58,628 nt of DNA from an uncultured Candidatus Saccharibacteria bacterium. GTDB lineage: Bacteria; Patescibacteriota; Minisyncoccia; UBA11713; 2-01-FULL-45-33. How positions within the stretch are numbered: position 1 is the first letter of the stretch; every line of letters begins with the position of its first letter. The notes beneath the pieces were generated by a model. That model saw only the letters and a list, made by a program, of their open reading frames with translations. It did no database searches and was not told the DNA's origin. The stretch spans positions 1-58,628 of the forward strand of contig CAYIWH010000001.1 of NCBI GenBank assembly GCA_964367075.1, given 5' to 3'. Shown one piece after another: positions 1 through 9,292 of the stretch. The translations under genes and the position numbers were made by a program.

Positions 1-60
1 AAAGCGAGTTATTATTAACAGAAAGTGTTCGGATTGAGGGGTGCGCGTAGGTCCTTTCCT

Positions 61-92
61 CCAAAGCAAAAATAGCACAGATGGTGCTATTT
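61..92 (-). terminator. Rho-independent terminator downstream of tRNA-Asn
   Basis: 8-bp stem AATAGCAC/GTGCTATT with a 5-6 nt loop. On the minus strand it is followed by TTTTTGCTTT. Confidence 0.6.
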
Positions 93-98
93 TGTCAA

Positions 99-450
99 TG
101 GCTCCCCGGGTAGGGATCGAACCTACGACCTTCTCGTTACATTTGATCCATCATTACTGATGGTATGGACTATATCATCTCCATGTCTATAAAAGATTTA
201 GGAGCGAGGCGCTTCGTCACGCTTCTTGCATGGCTACTCTCTTGCGAGATAGTCTCTGAACCTTCCCAGCACCACTTTTGGTTTTAATTACTTCAAACCA
301 AAAGTGGTGCTGGGCTTGGCTGCGGATTACCGTTTTCGTTTGCTACGAAGTTCGGCTTCCCGCAATTCACCTCATTTTTCAATCCGCCTTTCGACGGAAA
401 GCTGCGTTTAATGCTCACAGCGAGCCGCTCTACCGCTGAGCTACCGGGGA
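99..450 (-). tRNA. tRNA-Asn(GTT), encoded CCA, interrupted by a group I intron (exons 417-450 and 99-139)
   Basis: The joined exons give a 75-nt cloverleaf: TCCCCGG TA GCTC AGCGGTA GAGC G GCTCG CTGT|TAA CGAGA AGGTC GTAGG TTCGATC CCTAC CCGGGGA G CCA. It has anticodon GTT and discriminator G, and strongly resembles bacterial tRNA-Asn. Confidence 0.85.
140..416 (-). ncRNA. Group I self-splicing intron (277 nt, no ORF) in the anticodon loop between positions 35 and 36
   Basis: The 5' exon ends in U and pairs GCUGU:GCAGC (P1, with a U.G wobble at the splice site). The intron ends in G. Core motifs are AATTGCGGGAA, CCGCAGCCAAGCCC and GGTTCAGAGACTA, plus a GCAA-capped hairpin TCTCGCAAGAGA. A 20-bp perfect hairpin lies at 265-314. 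Confidence 0.85.
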
Positions 451-700
451 ATATTAAATTGTCAAACTCACACTATATTCCCCGAGTATCTTTTTGAACG
501 GCTCGATGAGACACTTCGTGTACAGCGGATAACTCTTGCGCCAGCTCAGAGTAGTCCTCCACCGCTGACATGCCCGCCTATGGCGGGGCTACCGGGGAAT
601 ATTAAATTTTTCAAACTGATATTATATTGATGCCGCCCAACTGCGTTGGACGAGCCTCGCCAGCAACTGGCGGGGAATACTAACACTATAATACTAAATT
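441..700 (-). repeat. Three tandem promoter/leader-like units (copies at about 441-480, 589-628 and 671-700)
   Basis: Read on the minus strand, the units are TATAGTgtgagTTTGACAATTTAATATTCCCCGG, TATAATatcagTTTGAAAAATTTAATATTCCCCGG and TATAGTgttagTATTCCCCG. The first abuts tRNA-Asn position +1. Confidence 0.6.
471..598 (-). other. Degenerate tRNA-Asn-derived segment or candidate small RNA
   Basis: It starts with TCCCCGGTAGC, identical to the first 11 nt of the tRNA. A GC hairpin (CCCGCC ATA GGCGGG) and a D-loop-like TCAGCGGTGGAGG follow. It ends in CTCGGGGA, which can pair with the 5' end. It does not fold as a cloverleaf. Confidence 0.3.
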
Positions 701-761
701 TTCTGATAAAAGCAAGCGACTTGCCAGTTTGTTACTTTTGGACGACAATTATATTTATATT

Positions 762-1052
762 ATGGATAATCAAGTGTTGAAGGCAGAGTGCATTGTTCGA
801 GGCAGAGTGCAATTGGTAATGTTTAGAGATTTTGTCGTGCGTCGCGCTCGCGAAAATAATATTATAGGACGTGTAAAAAATTTAAGCGACGGCTCTGTAT
901 ATATTGTAGCCGAAGGACTCCCCGAAAATATGTCTAGCTTTTTGGAATTAATTCAAAAAGGCCCAGCTTTGTCAAAAGTAGAAAGTATAGATATACATTA
1001 TAGTACGCCGCAAGGTGAATTTAACGATTTTAAAATAGATTATGGCAACTAA
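762..1052 (+). CDS. acyP: Acylphosphatase
   Basis: VRGRVQLVMFRDFV...GRVKNLSDGSVYIVAEG fits the acylphosphatase signature. ATG 762 is preferred over the upstream TTG at 729. Confidence 0.8.
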   Translation: MDNQVLKAECIVRGRVQLVMFRDFVVRRARENNIIGRVKNLSDGSVYIVAEGLPENMSSFLELIQKGPALSKVESIDIHYSTPQGEFNDFKIDYGN

Positions 1053-1737
1053 AAATAAAAAAATTCCAACAACCATTGGTATTATTGTTGATGGCAATCG
1101 CAGATGGGCAAAAGCTCGAGGACTGGCCTCTCGAGAAGGACATCGCGCCGGATATAATAAATTGAAAGAAGTATTGAGCTGGGCAAGAGACAGCGGAGTA
1201 AAAAATGCTATTTGCTATGTTTTTTCGACTGAAAATTGGAAAAGGTCAAAAGAAGAAATATCTTTTTTGATGGATCTTCTCCGCTCTCTTTTTATGCAAA
1301 ACGAGGTTGCCGAATTTCGTAAAAATGGAATAAGTATTCGAGTGGCAGGAGATCGTACAATGCTTGACCCCGATTTGCAGACTCTTATCTCTAAGGCAGA
1401 AAAAGATACTCAGAACGAAAACAAAATGATTTTATCGTTTGCGTTGTCCTACGGAGGCAGAAAAGAAATAGTCTCCGCAATCAATCAAGCGCTAATTGAC
1501 GGCAAAAAAATGATTACAGAAAACGAATTTTCAAATTATTTGTGGACAGCCGGCGTCCCCGATCCTGATATTATTATTCGCACAGGAGGGGAGAGGCGAT
1601 TATCTAATTTTTTACCGTGGCAATCTGTTTATAGTGAATTATTTTTTGTTGACACAATGTGGCCTGATTTTTCCAAAGGAGAATTTACCAATATTCTTGA
1701 AGAGTATGCGGAACGCGAGCGCCGGTTTGGAAAATAG
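1042..1737 (+). CDS. uppS: Undecaprenyl-diphosphate synthase (isoprenyl transferase)
   Basis: IIVDGNRRWAKARGL, FSTENWKRS and RTGGERRLSNFLPWQ motifs. It overlaps the acyP stop. Confidence 0.95.
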   Translation: MATKNKKIPTTIGIIVDGNRRWAKARGLASREGHRAGYNKLKEVLSWARDSGVKNAICYVFSTENWKRSKEEISFLMDLLRSLFMQNEVAEFRKNGISIRVAGDRTMLDPDLQTLISKAEKDTQNENKMILSFALSYGGRKEIVSAINQALIDGKKMITENEFSNYLWTAGVPDPDIIIRTGGERRLSNFLPWQSVYSELFFVDTMWPDFSKGEFTNILEEYAERERRFGK

Positions 1738-1769
1738 TTTTTAACATATGCTAAATATATACTATACGT

Positions 1770-2324
1770 ATGAATAGAAATCATATTGCTGTAATTATTT
1801 TAATTATTATATTCGCTGGCTTTATGGAATTGAACATGGATAGAACGTTGATCTATAAATATGGTCCTGTGCGTTTGTGGTCTGGCGATATAAATAGCAA
1901 TCAAAATTCACAACAGATTGCTGACCCATATACATTTACGCACATAATTCACGGATTTGGATTTTACGCACTAGCAAGTTTAATCCCCACGCCATTGTCG
2001 CTTGGCACGCGCGCTATCATTGCCATAGCAGGCGAGTCTTTGTGGGAGGTAATCGAAAACACAGACATGGTAATCAATCGATATCGCGCCGCGACTATCT
2101 CTCTGGACTATTATGGAGATAGTGTAATAAACTCTGTATTTGATATTTTAGCCGCGCTTCTTGGTTTTTGGATTGCTTCGCGCGCGAGAATAATTTGGAC
2201 TATTGTTTTAATGATTGTTATTGAAGTAATTTTATTATTATGGATACGCGACAGCTTGGTTGTTAACATTATAATGTTATTGTATCCAATATCGGCTATT
2301 AAAATTTGGCAAGCTGGTTTATAA
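1770..2324 (+). CDS. DUF2585-like membrane protein
   Basis: NSQQIADPYTFTHIIHGFGFY resembles the UPF0314/DUF2585 family. It has multiple TM segments, and TATACT lies 6 nt upstream of the ATG. Confidence 0.65.
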   Translation: MNRNHIAVIILIIIFAGFMELNMDRTLIYKYGPVRLWSGDINSNQNSQQIADPYTFTHIIHGFGFYALASLIPTPLSLGTRAIIAIAGESLWEVIENTDMVINRYRAATISLDYYGDSVINSVFDILAALLGFWIASRARIIWTIVLMIVIEVILLLWIRDSLVVNIIMLLYPISAIKIWQAGL

Positions 2325-2332
2325 TTAATTAT

Positions 2333-4591
2333 ATGGAAATAATACTTGTTATAGGCGGTTTAGTATGGTTGGCAATATTATCAAATCGAGTTTCAAATAT
2401 TGAGCGTGGATTAGGATTGAAGCGCAAACACGAAGAATCCAAGACATTATATAAACGATGGTTGGAAAATGCAGAGCCAGTCAGCCATCAGGAAACCGTA
2501 CAATCAACAGAAATTAAAAAAGAAAGCGAGCCTGTCCCCGTCGCGCCATATTCAAGTTCTGTGTCTGTTTTGTCGCAGACTCGACAAGATCAAGAATTGG
2601 AATTTAAAATGGGAAGCCGTATTCTCACTGGTGTCGGAGTTGTGGCAGTATTATTTGGAGTCGGATTTTTCTTGCGGTATGCCTTTGACAACAATTTGAT
2701 CACCGAAACCATGCGTGTAGTACTTGGTATCGTTGGCGGATTTATTTTAATTGGTATTGGCGCGACTATTCATCGTTCATACGCGCAGTATGCACAGGTG
2801 CTATCTGGCGGAGGAATTGGTCTTTTATATTTATCTCTTTATGCGGCTTTTAATTATTACCAATTGATCACTCAACCTGTCGCGTTTGCGATGATGGTTG
2901 GCGTGACTGTATTGGGTACAATACTTGCTATATTTTACGATTCACTTCCATTAGCTGGATTTTCTCTTTTCGGAGGTTTTTTGACACCATTTATTTTACC
3001 AGTGGTATCTCCAGATCCAAACGCATTATTTATTTATATATTTCTTCTTGATGTAGGATTTTTTGCTGTAGCATGGCGCAAATTGTGGCATCATTTATCT
3101 ATTGCAAGTTTCGCAGGCACTGTATTAGTTTATACTTCGTGGTATTTGCAAAATTATTCAAGCACGCTTTTTAGCACGGCGTTTATTTATTCAACGCTTT
3201 TCTTTTTGCTATTTTTTATTTTATCGCTGTATTATCAGCAATCGGAATTTCAAAGCAAGTCATCTCTTGAATTGATATTTATCAATCCACTTTTGTATTA
3301 TTTGATAAACGCTTTTGAAATACAACATTTATATAAAGATAATTGGGCCACAGTATTTACATTGGCGCTAGGCATATTTTATTTGACTATGACATTTATT
3401 TCTTCGGGTGTGTTCAAACAATCTATTCGTTCATTTTCAAATCAAGTTCTTTTTGGGATTTCACTTGTATTTTTTGTAGTTGCGGTCCCAATTTATTTTG
3501 ATAAAAATATAATTACTATTATGTGGGGAGCGGAGGCCTGTATTCTGTTGCTGGTTGGATTATTTTCTCGCATGCGAATTGTCAGGTTGTTTGGTCTGGC
3601 AGTTTCCGCGTTGGTGTTTATTAGATTAATAGCGTTTGATTTGGCAACCCCTGTTACAGCGCCGTGGTTCAACGATCGCTTTATTACGTACGCGTTTTCT
3701 TTTGTCTTTTTTGGAGTTGTCGCTATTGTTCATTGGCTTTATCAAAACACAGAACAGGCCGCTTCTTTGTCATCCGAAGAGCGCGACGAAATACAACTCG
3801 TGATTTTTTATTCCACAATAGCCGCGTATCTAATTTCTTTAGCAACAGTTTCCTTGGAAATATTTAATTTTTATGAGCATATGATATTTGGAATATTGTG
3901 GTCATTGTGGGCGCTTGGTGGTGTAGCGCTCGGGGTGGTAGGCCGCAACTCTATACTAAGATTTTGTAGCTATGTTGTTTTTGTTTTTGCGGGTATTCGC
4001 GTAATATTTTTTGACGGCGCAGTAAACTTATATTCGTATACCCCAGTTTTAAATGACAGGGTATTGCGAGTGCTTGTATTTATTGCGACCTTAGGATGTG
4101 CTCTATGGATTATTAAAAAATTCGAAGACAAAATAAGCGCAAGTGAAGGTGCGAATTTGATACAATTGTTCGCTCTTGCAATCAACGCAATTCTTCTTTG
4201 GCTTGTCAGTGTGGAGGTGATAGATTATTTTGACAAACTTATTTTAGAATTGCCGAGAAATACTGTTTCCGGTGGTGCAACCTCTTTGAGATATGTGGAC
4301 ACAAGAAATCTAGAAAATTTTAAGAGTGCTGTTCTTTCAATCGCTTGGACATTGTACGCAATTGTTCTACTTGTGATTGGTATTTACAAAAAATCCAAAA
4401 TTGCGCGCACTGGATCCATCGTGTTATTTGGAGTAGTGGTATTTAAAGTATTCTTGGTGGACACCGCGAGCTTGGATGACTTGTATCGATTTATTTCATT
4501 TATCAGTCTCGGAGTCATATTGCTTGTAGCCGGATTTTTGTACTATAGATTTAAAGATAGGATTATTCATTTTCTCGACGCTAGTGTTTAA
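2333..4591 (+). CDS. Polytopic membrane protein, DUF2339-like
   Basis: About 750 aa: an N-terminal TM, a charged linker, then more than 15 hydrophobic segments. ATG 2333 is preferred because TTG 2306 overlaps the upstream gene. Confidence 0.65.
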   Translation: MEIILVIGGLVWLAILSNRVSNIERGLGLKRKHEESKTLYKRWLENAEPVSHQETVQSTEIKKESEPVPVAPYSSSVSVLSQTRQDQELEFKMGSRILTGVGVVAVLFGVGFFLRYAFDNNLITETMRVVLGIVGGFILIGIGATIHRSYAQYAQVLSGGGIGLLYLSLYAAFNYYQLITQPVAFAMMVGVTVLGTILAIFYDSLPLAGFSLFGGFLTPFILPVVSPDPNALFIYIFLLDVGFFAVAWRKLWHHLSIASFAGTVLVYTSWYLQNYSSTLFSTAFIYSTLFFLLFFILSLYYQQSEFQSKSSLELIFINPLLYYLINAFEIQHLYKDNWATVFTLALGIFYLTMTFISSGVFKQSIRSFSNQVLFGISLVFFVVAVPIYFDKNIITIMWGAEACILLLVGLFSRMRIVRLFGLAVSALVFIRLIAFDLATPVTAPWFNDRFITYAFSFVFFGVVAIVHWLYQNTEQAASLSSEERDEIQLVIFYSTIAAYLISLATVSLEIFNFYEHMIFGILWSLWALGGVALGVVGRNSILRFCSYVVFVFAGIRVIFFDGAVNLYSYTPVLNDRVLRVLVFIATLGCALWIIKKFEDKISASEGANLIQLFALAINAILLWLVSVEVIDYFDKLILELPRNTVSGGATSLRYVDTRNLENFKSAVLSIAWTLYAIVLLVIGIYKKSKIARTGSIVLFGVVVFKVFLVDTASLDDLYRFISFISLGVILLVAGFLYYRFKDRIIHFLDASV

Positions 4592-4615
4592 ATCAAAATT
4601 CGCTATACTCAATAA

Positions 4616-5965
4616 ATGACGCAAAATGAAGCTCTGGATATTTTAAAGATGGGCCACAACATTTTGTTGACTGGGGTCGCTGGTAGTGGAAAGACGCACA
4701 CATTAAATACTTATATCGAGTATTTGAACGGGCACAGTATTGGCGTGGCTGTTACCGCTTCCACAGGTATCGCGGCTACGCATTTGGGAGGGATAACAAT
4801 ACACTCATGGAGCGGTCTCGGTATTCGTGATGATTTGTCTCAATATGAAATGGATATGTTGGAGCAAAGGCCATATCTTTGGAAAAGATATCAAACCACT
4901 CGAGTGCTGATAATTGATGAAATATCGATGTTGCATTATTTTCAATTGGACCTTATTGATAAATTGTGTCGCGTGTTTAAAAGGATTAATGCCCCATTCG
5001 GTGGGATGCAAGTGATATTTTGCGGAGATTTTTTTCAATTGCCTCCTATATCTCGCGCGGCTAGCAAAGAGACAAGCTTTGTATACCGCTCTAAAGTGTG
5101 GAGCGAAATGGGTTTAAAAATTTGTTATTTATCAGAACAGCATCGTCAAAGCGACCAAGGGTTTCTTCGTGTGTTGCACGATATTAGAAGCGACAATGTG
5201 TCTGAAGATACAGTTGAACATTTACAAAACAGATATAACAAAAACTCTACCACCAAAATATTGCCTACAAAACTTTTGAGTCACAACGCAGATGTGGATG
5301 CTATCAATACCACGGAGCTGGCAAAAATATCAGGCACTTCAAAACGGTATTATATGAGCTCTCGTGGCAAAAAGAATTTAGTGGAGACGCTAACAAAAAG
5401 TTGTTTAGCGCCCAGAGAGCTTGTCTTAAAAGTTGGGGTGCGAGTGATGTTTGTAAAAAATAATTTTGAAAAAGGATATGTCAACGGCACGCTTGGCGTT
5501 GTGGATAAATTTGGCGCAAATAACGCGCCAATAATTCGTATTGCAAGTGGCAGAAAAATAACCGTGGAGCAAGCAAGTTGGAGTATTACGGAAGAGGGAA
5601 AGCTCAAAGCGGAAATTACACAAATCCCTTTGCGTCTCGCGTGGGCTATTACTATACACAAAAGCCAAGGGATGAGTTTGGACGCCGCGGAAATCGATCT
5701 TTCTAAATCATTTGTGGAGGGGATGGGGTATGTGGCGCTTTCACGAGTACGGAGCTTGGACGGGCTTAAACTTTTGGGAATCAATAGGATGGCCTTGGCA
5801 GTGCATCCAGAGGTTTTGAAAATAGACGGAATGCTTAAAGAATATTCGGATATGGCGATTTCTATGCTGAAAAATATTGGTATTGAAGAAATAAAAAAAA
5901 GTCAGGCAACATTTTTAAAAAATAATAAACCGCAGAAGAAATACAACGCAGAAATGGAAGAATAA
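4616..5965 (+). CDS. Pif1/RecD-family ATP-dependent DNA helicase
   Basis: Walker A GVAGSGKTH, IIDEISML, CGDFFQLPPI and ITIHKSQGMSLD. TATACT lies 6 nt upstream of the ATG. Confidence 0.85.
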   Translation: MTQNEALDILKMGHNILLTGVAGSGKTHTLNTYIEYLNGHSIGVAVTASTGIAATHLGGITIHSWSGLGIRDDLSQYEMDMLEQRPYLWKRYQTTRVLIIDEISMLHYFQLDLIDKLCRVFKRINAPFGGMQVIFCGDFFQLPPISRAASKETSFVYRSKVWSEMGLKICYLSEQHRQSDQGFLRVLHDIRSDNVSEDTVEHLQNRYNKNSTTKILPTKLLSHNADVDAINTTELAKISGTSKRYYMSSRGKKNLVETLTKSCLAPRELVLKVGVRVMFVKNNFEKGYVNGTLGVVDKFGANNAPIIRIASGRKITVEQASWSITEEGKLKAEITQIPLRLAWAITIHKSQGMSLDAAEIDLSKSFVEGMGYVALSRVRSLDGLKLLGINRMALAVHPEVLKIDGMLKEYSDMAISMLKNIGIEEIKKSQATFLKNNKPQKKYNAEMEE

Positions 5966-5971
5966 ATCCCG

Positions 5972-6005
5972 TTAGAAATAAAATTTCTAATTGTTTATTT
6001 TTTAT
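5972..6005 (+). terminator. Weak AT-rich terminator hairpin
   Basis: TTAGAAAT-AAA-ATTTCTAA followed by TTGTTTATTTTTT. Confidence 0.4.
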
Positions 6006-6020
6006 TGCTATACTTGATGT

Positions 6021-6185
6021 ATGAACAAAAAACAGCTTATTTGGATATTTTTGTTTATCGGTACTACGATAGGAAGTTATTTGCCGACTATTTGGGGTGA
6101 TGGAATATTTTCCATTACTTCTATTATATTGAGTTTTGTTGGTGGAGCGCTTGGTATTTGGGCTGGCTATAAACTCGGAGATTAA
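6021..6185 (+). CDS. Small membrane protein (54 aa, below the ORF-track cutoff)
   Basis: My translation is MNKKQLIWIFLFIGTTIGSYLPTIWGDGIFSITSIILSFVGGALGIWAGYKLGD, with two hydrophobic segments. TATACT lies 6 nt upstream of the ATG. Confidence 0.4.
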   Translation: MNKKQLIWIFLFIGTTIGSYLPTIWGDGIFSITSIILSFVGGALGIWAGYKLGD

Positions 6186-6187
6186 TT

Positions 6188-6382
6188 ATGACATTTAATT
6201 TTATTGTTATATTTTTTGGGATAGCGCTTGGAGGTTATTGCGGTTATTTTATTCATCGTAGAAATAGGGCGCAACAATATGAATCAGCAGGCGAACGCAT
6301 TGGAAAGATGGTGCATATCTCCGAAGGTTTGGATGGTTATTTAGAAAAGAAAATCAATGATTATAAGATTACTGACAAGTAG
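6188..6382 (+). CDS. Small membrane-anchored protein
   Basis: N-terminal TM FNFIVIFFGIALGGYCGYFI followed by a charged tail. Confidence 0.45.
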   Translation: MTFNFIVIFFGIALGGYCGYFIHRRNRAQQYESAGERIGKMVHISEGLDGYLEKKINDYKITDK

Positions 6383-6414
6383 GCAATATTTACAAAGTGA
6401 TATATAATGCAAAC

Positions 6415-6810
6415 ATGAAAGGATACGTAGAAAATATTGAGAAAATTACTAGAGAAAACACAAATTTTCGTACAGTGTTATATACCGGCAAGAATTGCCA
6501 GTTGGTAGTAATGTGTATAGCGCCAAACGAAGAGATTGGGTTAGAGATGCACACACTAGACCAATTTTTGCGCGTAGAAGATGGTGAAGGCAAGGCGATT
6601 TTAGATGGTGTGGAGCATGCTATTTTTGATGGGTCTGCAATTATTGTCCCAGCAGGAACGAATCATAATATCATCAATACATCTGTCACAAAACCATTGA
6701 GGCTTTATACTTTGTATGCTCCGCCAAACCACAAGGATGGCATTGTACATATTACCAAAAAGGACGCGGAAACAAACGAAGAACATTTTGACGGACTGAC
6801 AACAGAATAA
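6415..6810 (+). CDS. Cupin-domain protein
   Basis: A cupin_2-like core: GLEMHTLDQFLRVEDGEG...IIVPAGTNHNIIN. TATAAT lies 6 nt upstream of ATG 6415, which is preferred over GTG 6397. Confidence 0.8.
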   Translation: MKGYVENIEKITRENTNFRTVLYTGKNCQLVVMCIAPNEEIGLEMHTLDQFLRVEDGEGKAILDGVEHAIFDGSAIIVPAGTNHNIINTSVTKPLRLYTLYAPPNHKDGIVHITKKDAETNEEHFDGLTTE

Positions 6811-6815
6811 TTTTT

Positions 6816-7289
6816 ATGAAAAAATTAATTGTTGGTGATAAAGCGCCGGATTTTAAATTGAAAGACAAGAACGAAAAAATATATTCGTTATCAGATTATA
6901 ATGGCAAGTGGATTCTTTTATATTTTTACCCCAAAGATAATACTCCTGGGTGTACTATTGAGGCGTGCTCAATGCGCGACAATTATGATGATTTTAAAAA
7001 AATAAAAGCAATGGTGCTTGGTGTGAGTGTGGATTCTACAAAAAGCCATGAAAAATTTGTTGAAAAATATAATTTGCCATTTCCTTTGCTTTCTGATGAA
7101 AATAAAGAAGTTGTAAATAAATATGGTGTCTGGGGCAAGAAAAAATTTATTGGCAGAGAATATATGGGGACATTTCGCAAATCATTTTTGATCAATCCAA
7201 AAGGTAAGATCGCAAAAATTTACGAAGAGATAAAACCGGCACTTCATGCCCAAGAAGTCATCAATGACCTCAAAACACTATTGGTTTAG
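6816..7289 (+). CDS. bcp: Thioredoxin-dependent peroxiredoxin (Bcp type)
   Basis: GDKAPDFKL...WILLYFYPKDNTPGCTIEAC. Confidence 0.9.
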   Translation: MKKLIVGDKAPDFKLKDKNEKIYSLSDYNGKWILLYFYPKDNTPGCTIEACSMRDNYDDFKKIKAMVLGVSVDSTKSHEKFVEKYNLPFPLLSDENKEVVNKYGVWGKKKFIGREYMGTFRKSFLINPKGKIAKIYEEIKPALHAQEVINDLKTLLV

Positions 7290-7420
7290 GCCAAAACAAT
7301 TTTGGCAGTAGCCAATCCAATGTAGTGCACAGTGTATTTGCAATTTGATTTGCTATAATGAAATTATAACGCCAAAAAATAAAGGCGGCTCTTTTATCAA
7401 TTAAAACTAAATAAAATATT

Positions 7421-9217
7421 ATGGTGGACACAAATTTAGTAAAGTATATAAAAGACAGTTTTGCGGCGGGACATCAACGTCAAGATATTATGACTGCGCT
7501 CCTTGCGGCTGGTTGGGAGCAATCTATGGTTGATGACGGATTTGCGGAGGTTCAAAAAGTACAAACACAGCCACAGCCCTCTCCACAACTATTTCCAAAA
7601 CCTTCTCCACAGCCCGCTTCACAACCTACAACAAAACCTACAGCACAACAAACCCAACAGCCGATACAGCAAAATATTGTTGTGTCATCAAATATTGGTG
7701 GAATAACAATCAAAACAAAAAGAAATTATTTGCGCGCCTTAGTCATTATCATACTTGTTGTGGTTGTTATGGCAGCAATAGGTGGCGTCGCTTATTCGTA
7801 TTTTATGAAAATTGGGCCTTTTGCAAAGGCGCCATATACTGTTGATAATCTTGTACAAGGACTTCTTGGCGCGGCTTCACGTATTGATACATCATCATAT
7901 TTAGTTTCTGGTTTTGCTTCTGTGGGAGCGAGAGATGGAGACGCAAAGCCATTTATATCTAACCTTGCAGACGACAAAGATTTTATCAAACGATATCAAA
8001 ATGACTTAAAGCGTTCTCGAGATATAAATTCAATTTTATCAAGTTTGAAGTTATATAATTCCAACCAAGGAAAATTTCCTCAATCATTAAAATTAATTGC
8101 TAGATACTATACAGTATCACTTCTTGACTCTGCCAATCCGCCGTATGTGTATATGATCATGGACGGAGGAAAAAATTTCTCTCTTACAGTAATATTTGAG
8201 ACAGATGTAGCAATTACACAACTAAAGCAATCCTACAAATACACAGCCTCTACCACACCAATTGATAGAAACAAGGTTACATTTACTAAAGGCAGTTATT
8301 CTATTTACTTGCCAAGTACGCCGCCAAAGCCATTTTTAGCGGAACTTGGTGATATGACCAATTATTTGCCTGCAGAAATGAAGGCCGGTCTTTCCGCTAG
8401 CGCAACGACTGATTGGAAAAAAGAAAATGCTGATTGGAAATTCAATATTAATGCTACCGGCGACTTCGGAGATCTGACATACAAAGTGGATTTGGATGCG
8501 CTAAGGAAAAACAACATATATTATTTCAAAATCAATAATTTGCCAAGCTTATTTTTAAGCTCGTTTGCCACAATCAAAGGAGACTGGATTAAAATTGATG
8601 CAAAAACCGCATCTTCATCGTCCAACGATTATTATAATGAATTTTCTTGGGTTGCGTCTCAATTGCCTGATGTGGAAAAATCATACAAAGAACAGCGCCA
8701 AGAATTTGCGGATATATTAAAAAAAGCCGCGGCCATAGCAGATGAGGAACACCTGTTTGCTTTAAAAAATGAGCAGCAAAGCGAGCGTGTTGACGGCCGA
8801 CTTCTTTATCGTTATGACATCAAAATAAATAAAAACGCAATTGTATCTTTTTATAAACGGCTTATAAATGAAACCTTCGTATCAAAGCTTAATATATTTG
8901 CTATAGCTGATGTTGGATATATTGAGTATCTTCAAAGTTCCGCGTTTAACGAAACATTTGATTATTATGACAAAAATACATCTTTAACGTTTTGGGTTGA
9001 CCCTCAAGGATTCCCGGCTATAGTTAGTTATAATATTAGAGTTGTGCCGTCGGATCTTGCTACACAATTGAAAGATAAGCAAATAAATTTTGTTTTTAAG
9101 CTTGTGTTGTCAGATATCAATAAACCAGTTGTTATTGAAGAGCCGAGTAGCGCAAAATCAATTCAAGATTTGATAAAACAAAGTAGTTCAAGTGTGCCGA
9201 CACTTCCTGTATTTTAA
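7421..9217 (+). CDS. Membrane-anchored hypothetical protein with a P/Q-rich linker
   Basis: A small N-terminal helical domain, a QPQPSPQ...low-complexity linker, one TM (LVIIILVVVVMAAIGGVAYSYF), then a large extracytoplasmic domain with no recognisable family. Confidence 0.65.
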   Translation: MVDTNLVKYIKDSFAAGHQRQDIMTALLAAGWEQSMVDDGFAEVQKVQTQPQPSPQLFPKPSPQPASQPTTKPTAQQTQQPIQQNIVVSSNIGGITIKTKRNYLRALVIIILVVVVMAAIGGVAYSYFMKIGPFAKAPYTVDNLVQGLLGAASRIDTSSYLVSGFASVGARDGDAKPFISNLADDKDFIKRYQNDLKRSRDINSILSSLKLYNSNQGKFPQSLKLIARYYTVSLLDSANPPYVYMIMDGGKNFSLTVIFETDVAITQLKQSYKYTASTTPIDRNKVTFTKGSYSIYLPSTPPKPFLAELGDMTNYLPAEMKAGLSASATTDWKKENADWKFNINATGDFGDLTYKVDLDALRKNNIYYFKINNLPSLFLSSFATIKGDWIKIDAKTASSSSNDYYNEFSWVASQLPDVEKSYKEQRQEFADILKKAAAIADEEHLFALKNEQQSERVDGRLLYRYDIKINKNAIVSFYKRLINETFVSKLNIFAIADVGYIEYLQSSAFNETFDYYDKNTSLTFWVDPQGFPAIVSYNIRVVPSDLATQLKDKQINFVFKLVLSDINKPVVIEEPSSAKSIQDLIKQSSSSVPTLPVF

Positions 9218-9228
9218 AGCGCGCTGTA

Positions 9229-9257
9229 TTGCAATAATTGAAAAATTGTGCTATGCT
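9229..9257 (+). promoter_or_regulatory. Sigma70-like promoter for dsbA-VKOR
   Basis: TTGCAA, a 17-nt spacer ending in TGC, then TATGCT. Confidence 0.5.
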
Positions 9258-9292
9258 AGCTTCATTATCATTTAAGTGGTTTTCTATAAAAC

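Noticed and set aside
140-416. A homing endonuclease or other ORF inside the tRNA intron.
   Set aside because: No open frame of meaningful length exists on either strand within the 277 nt, so the intron appears ORF-less.
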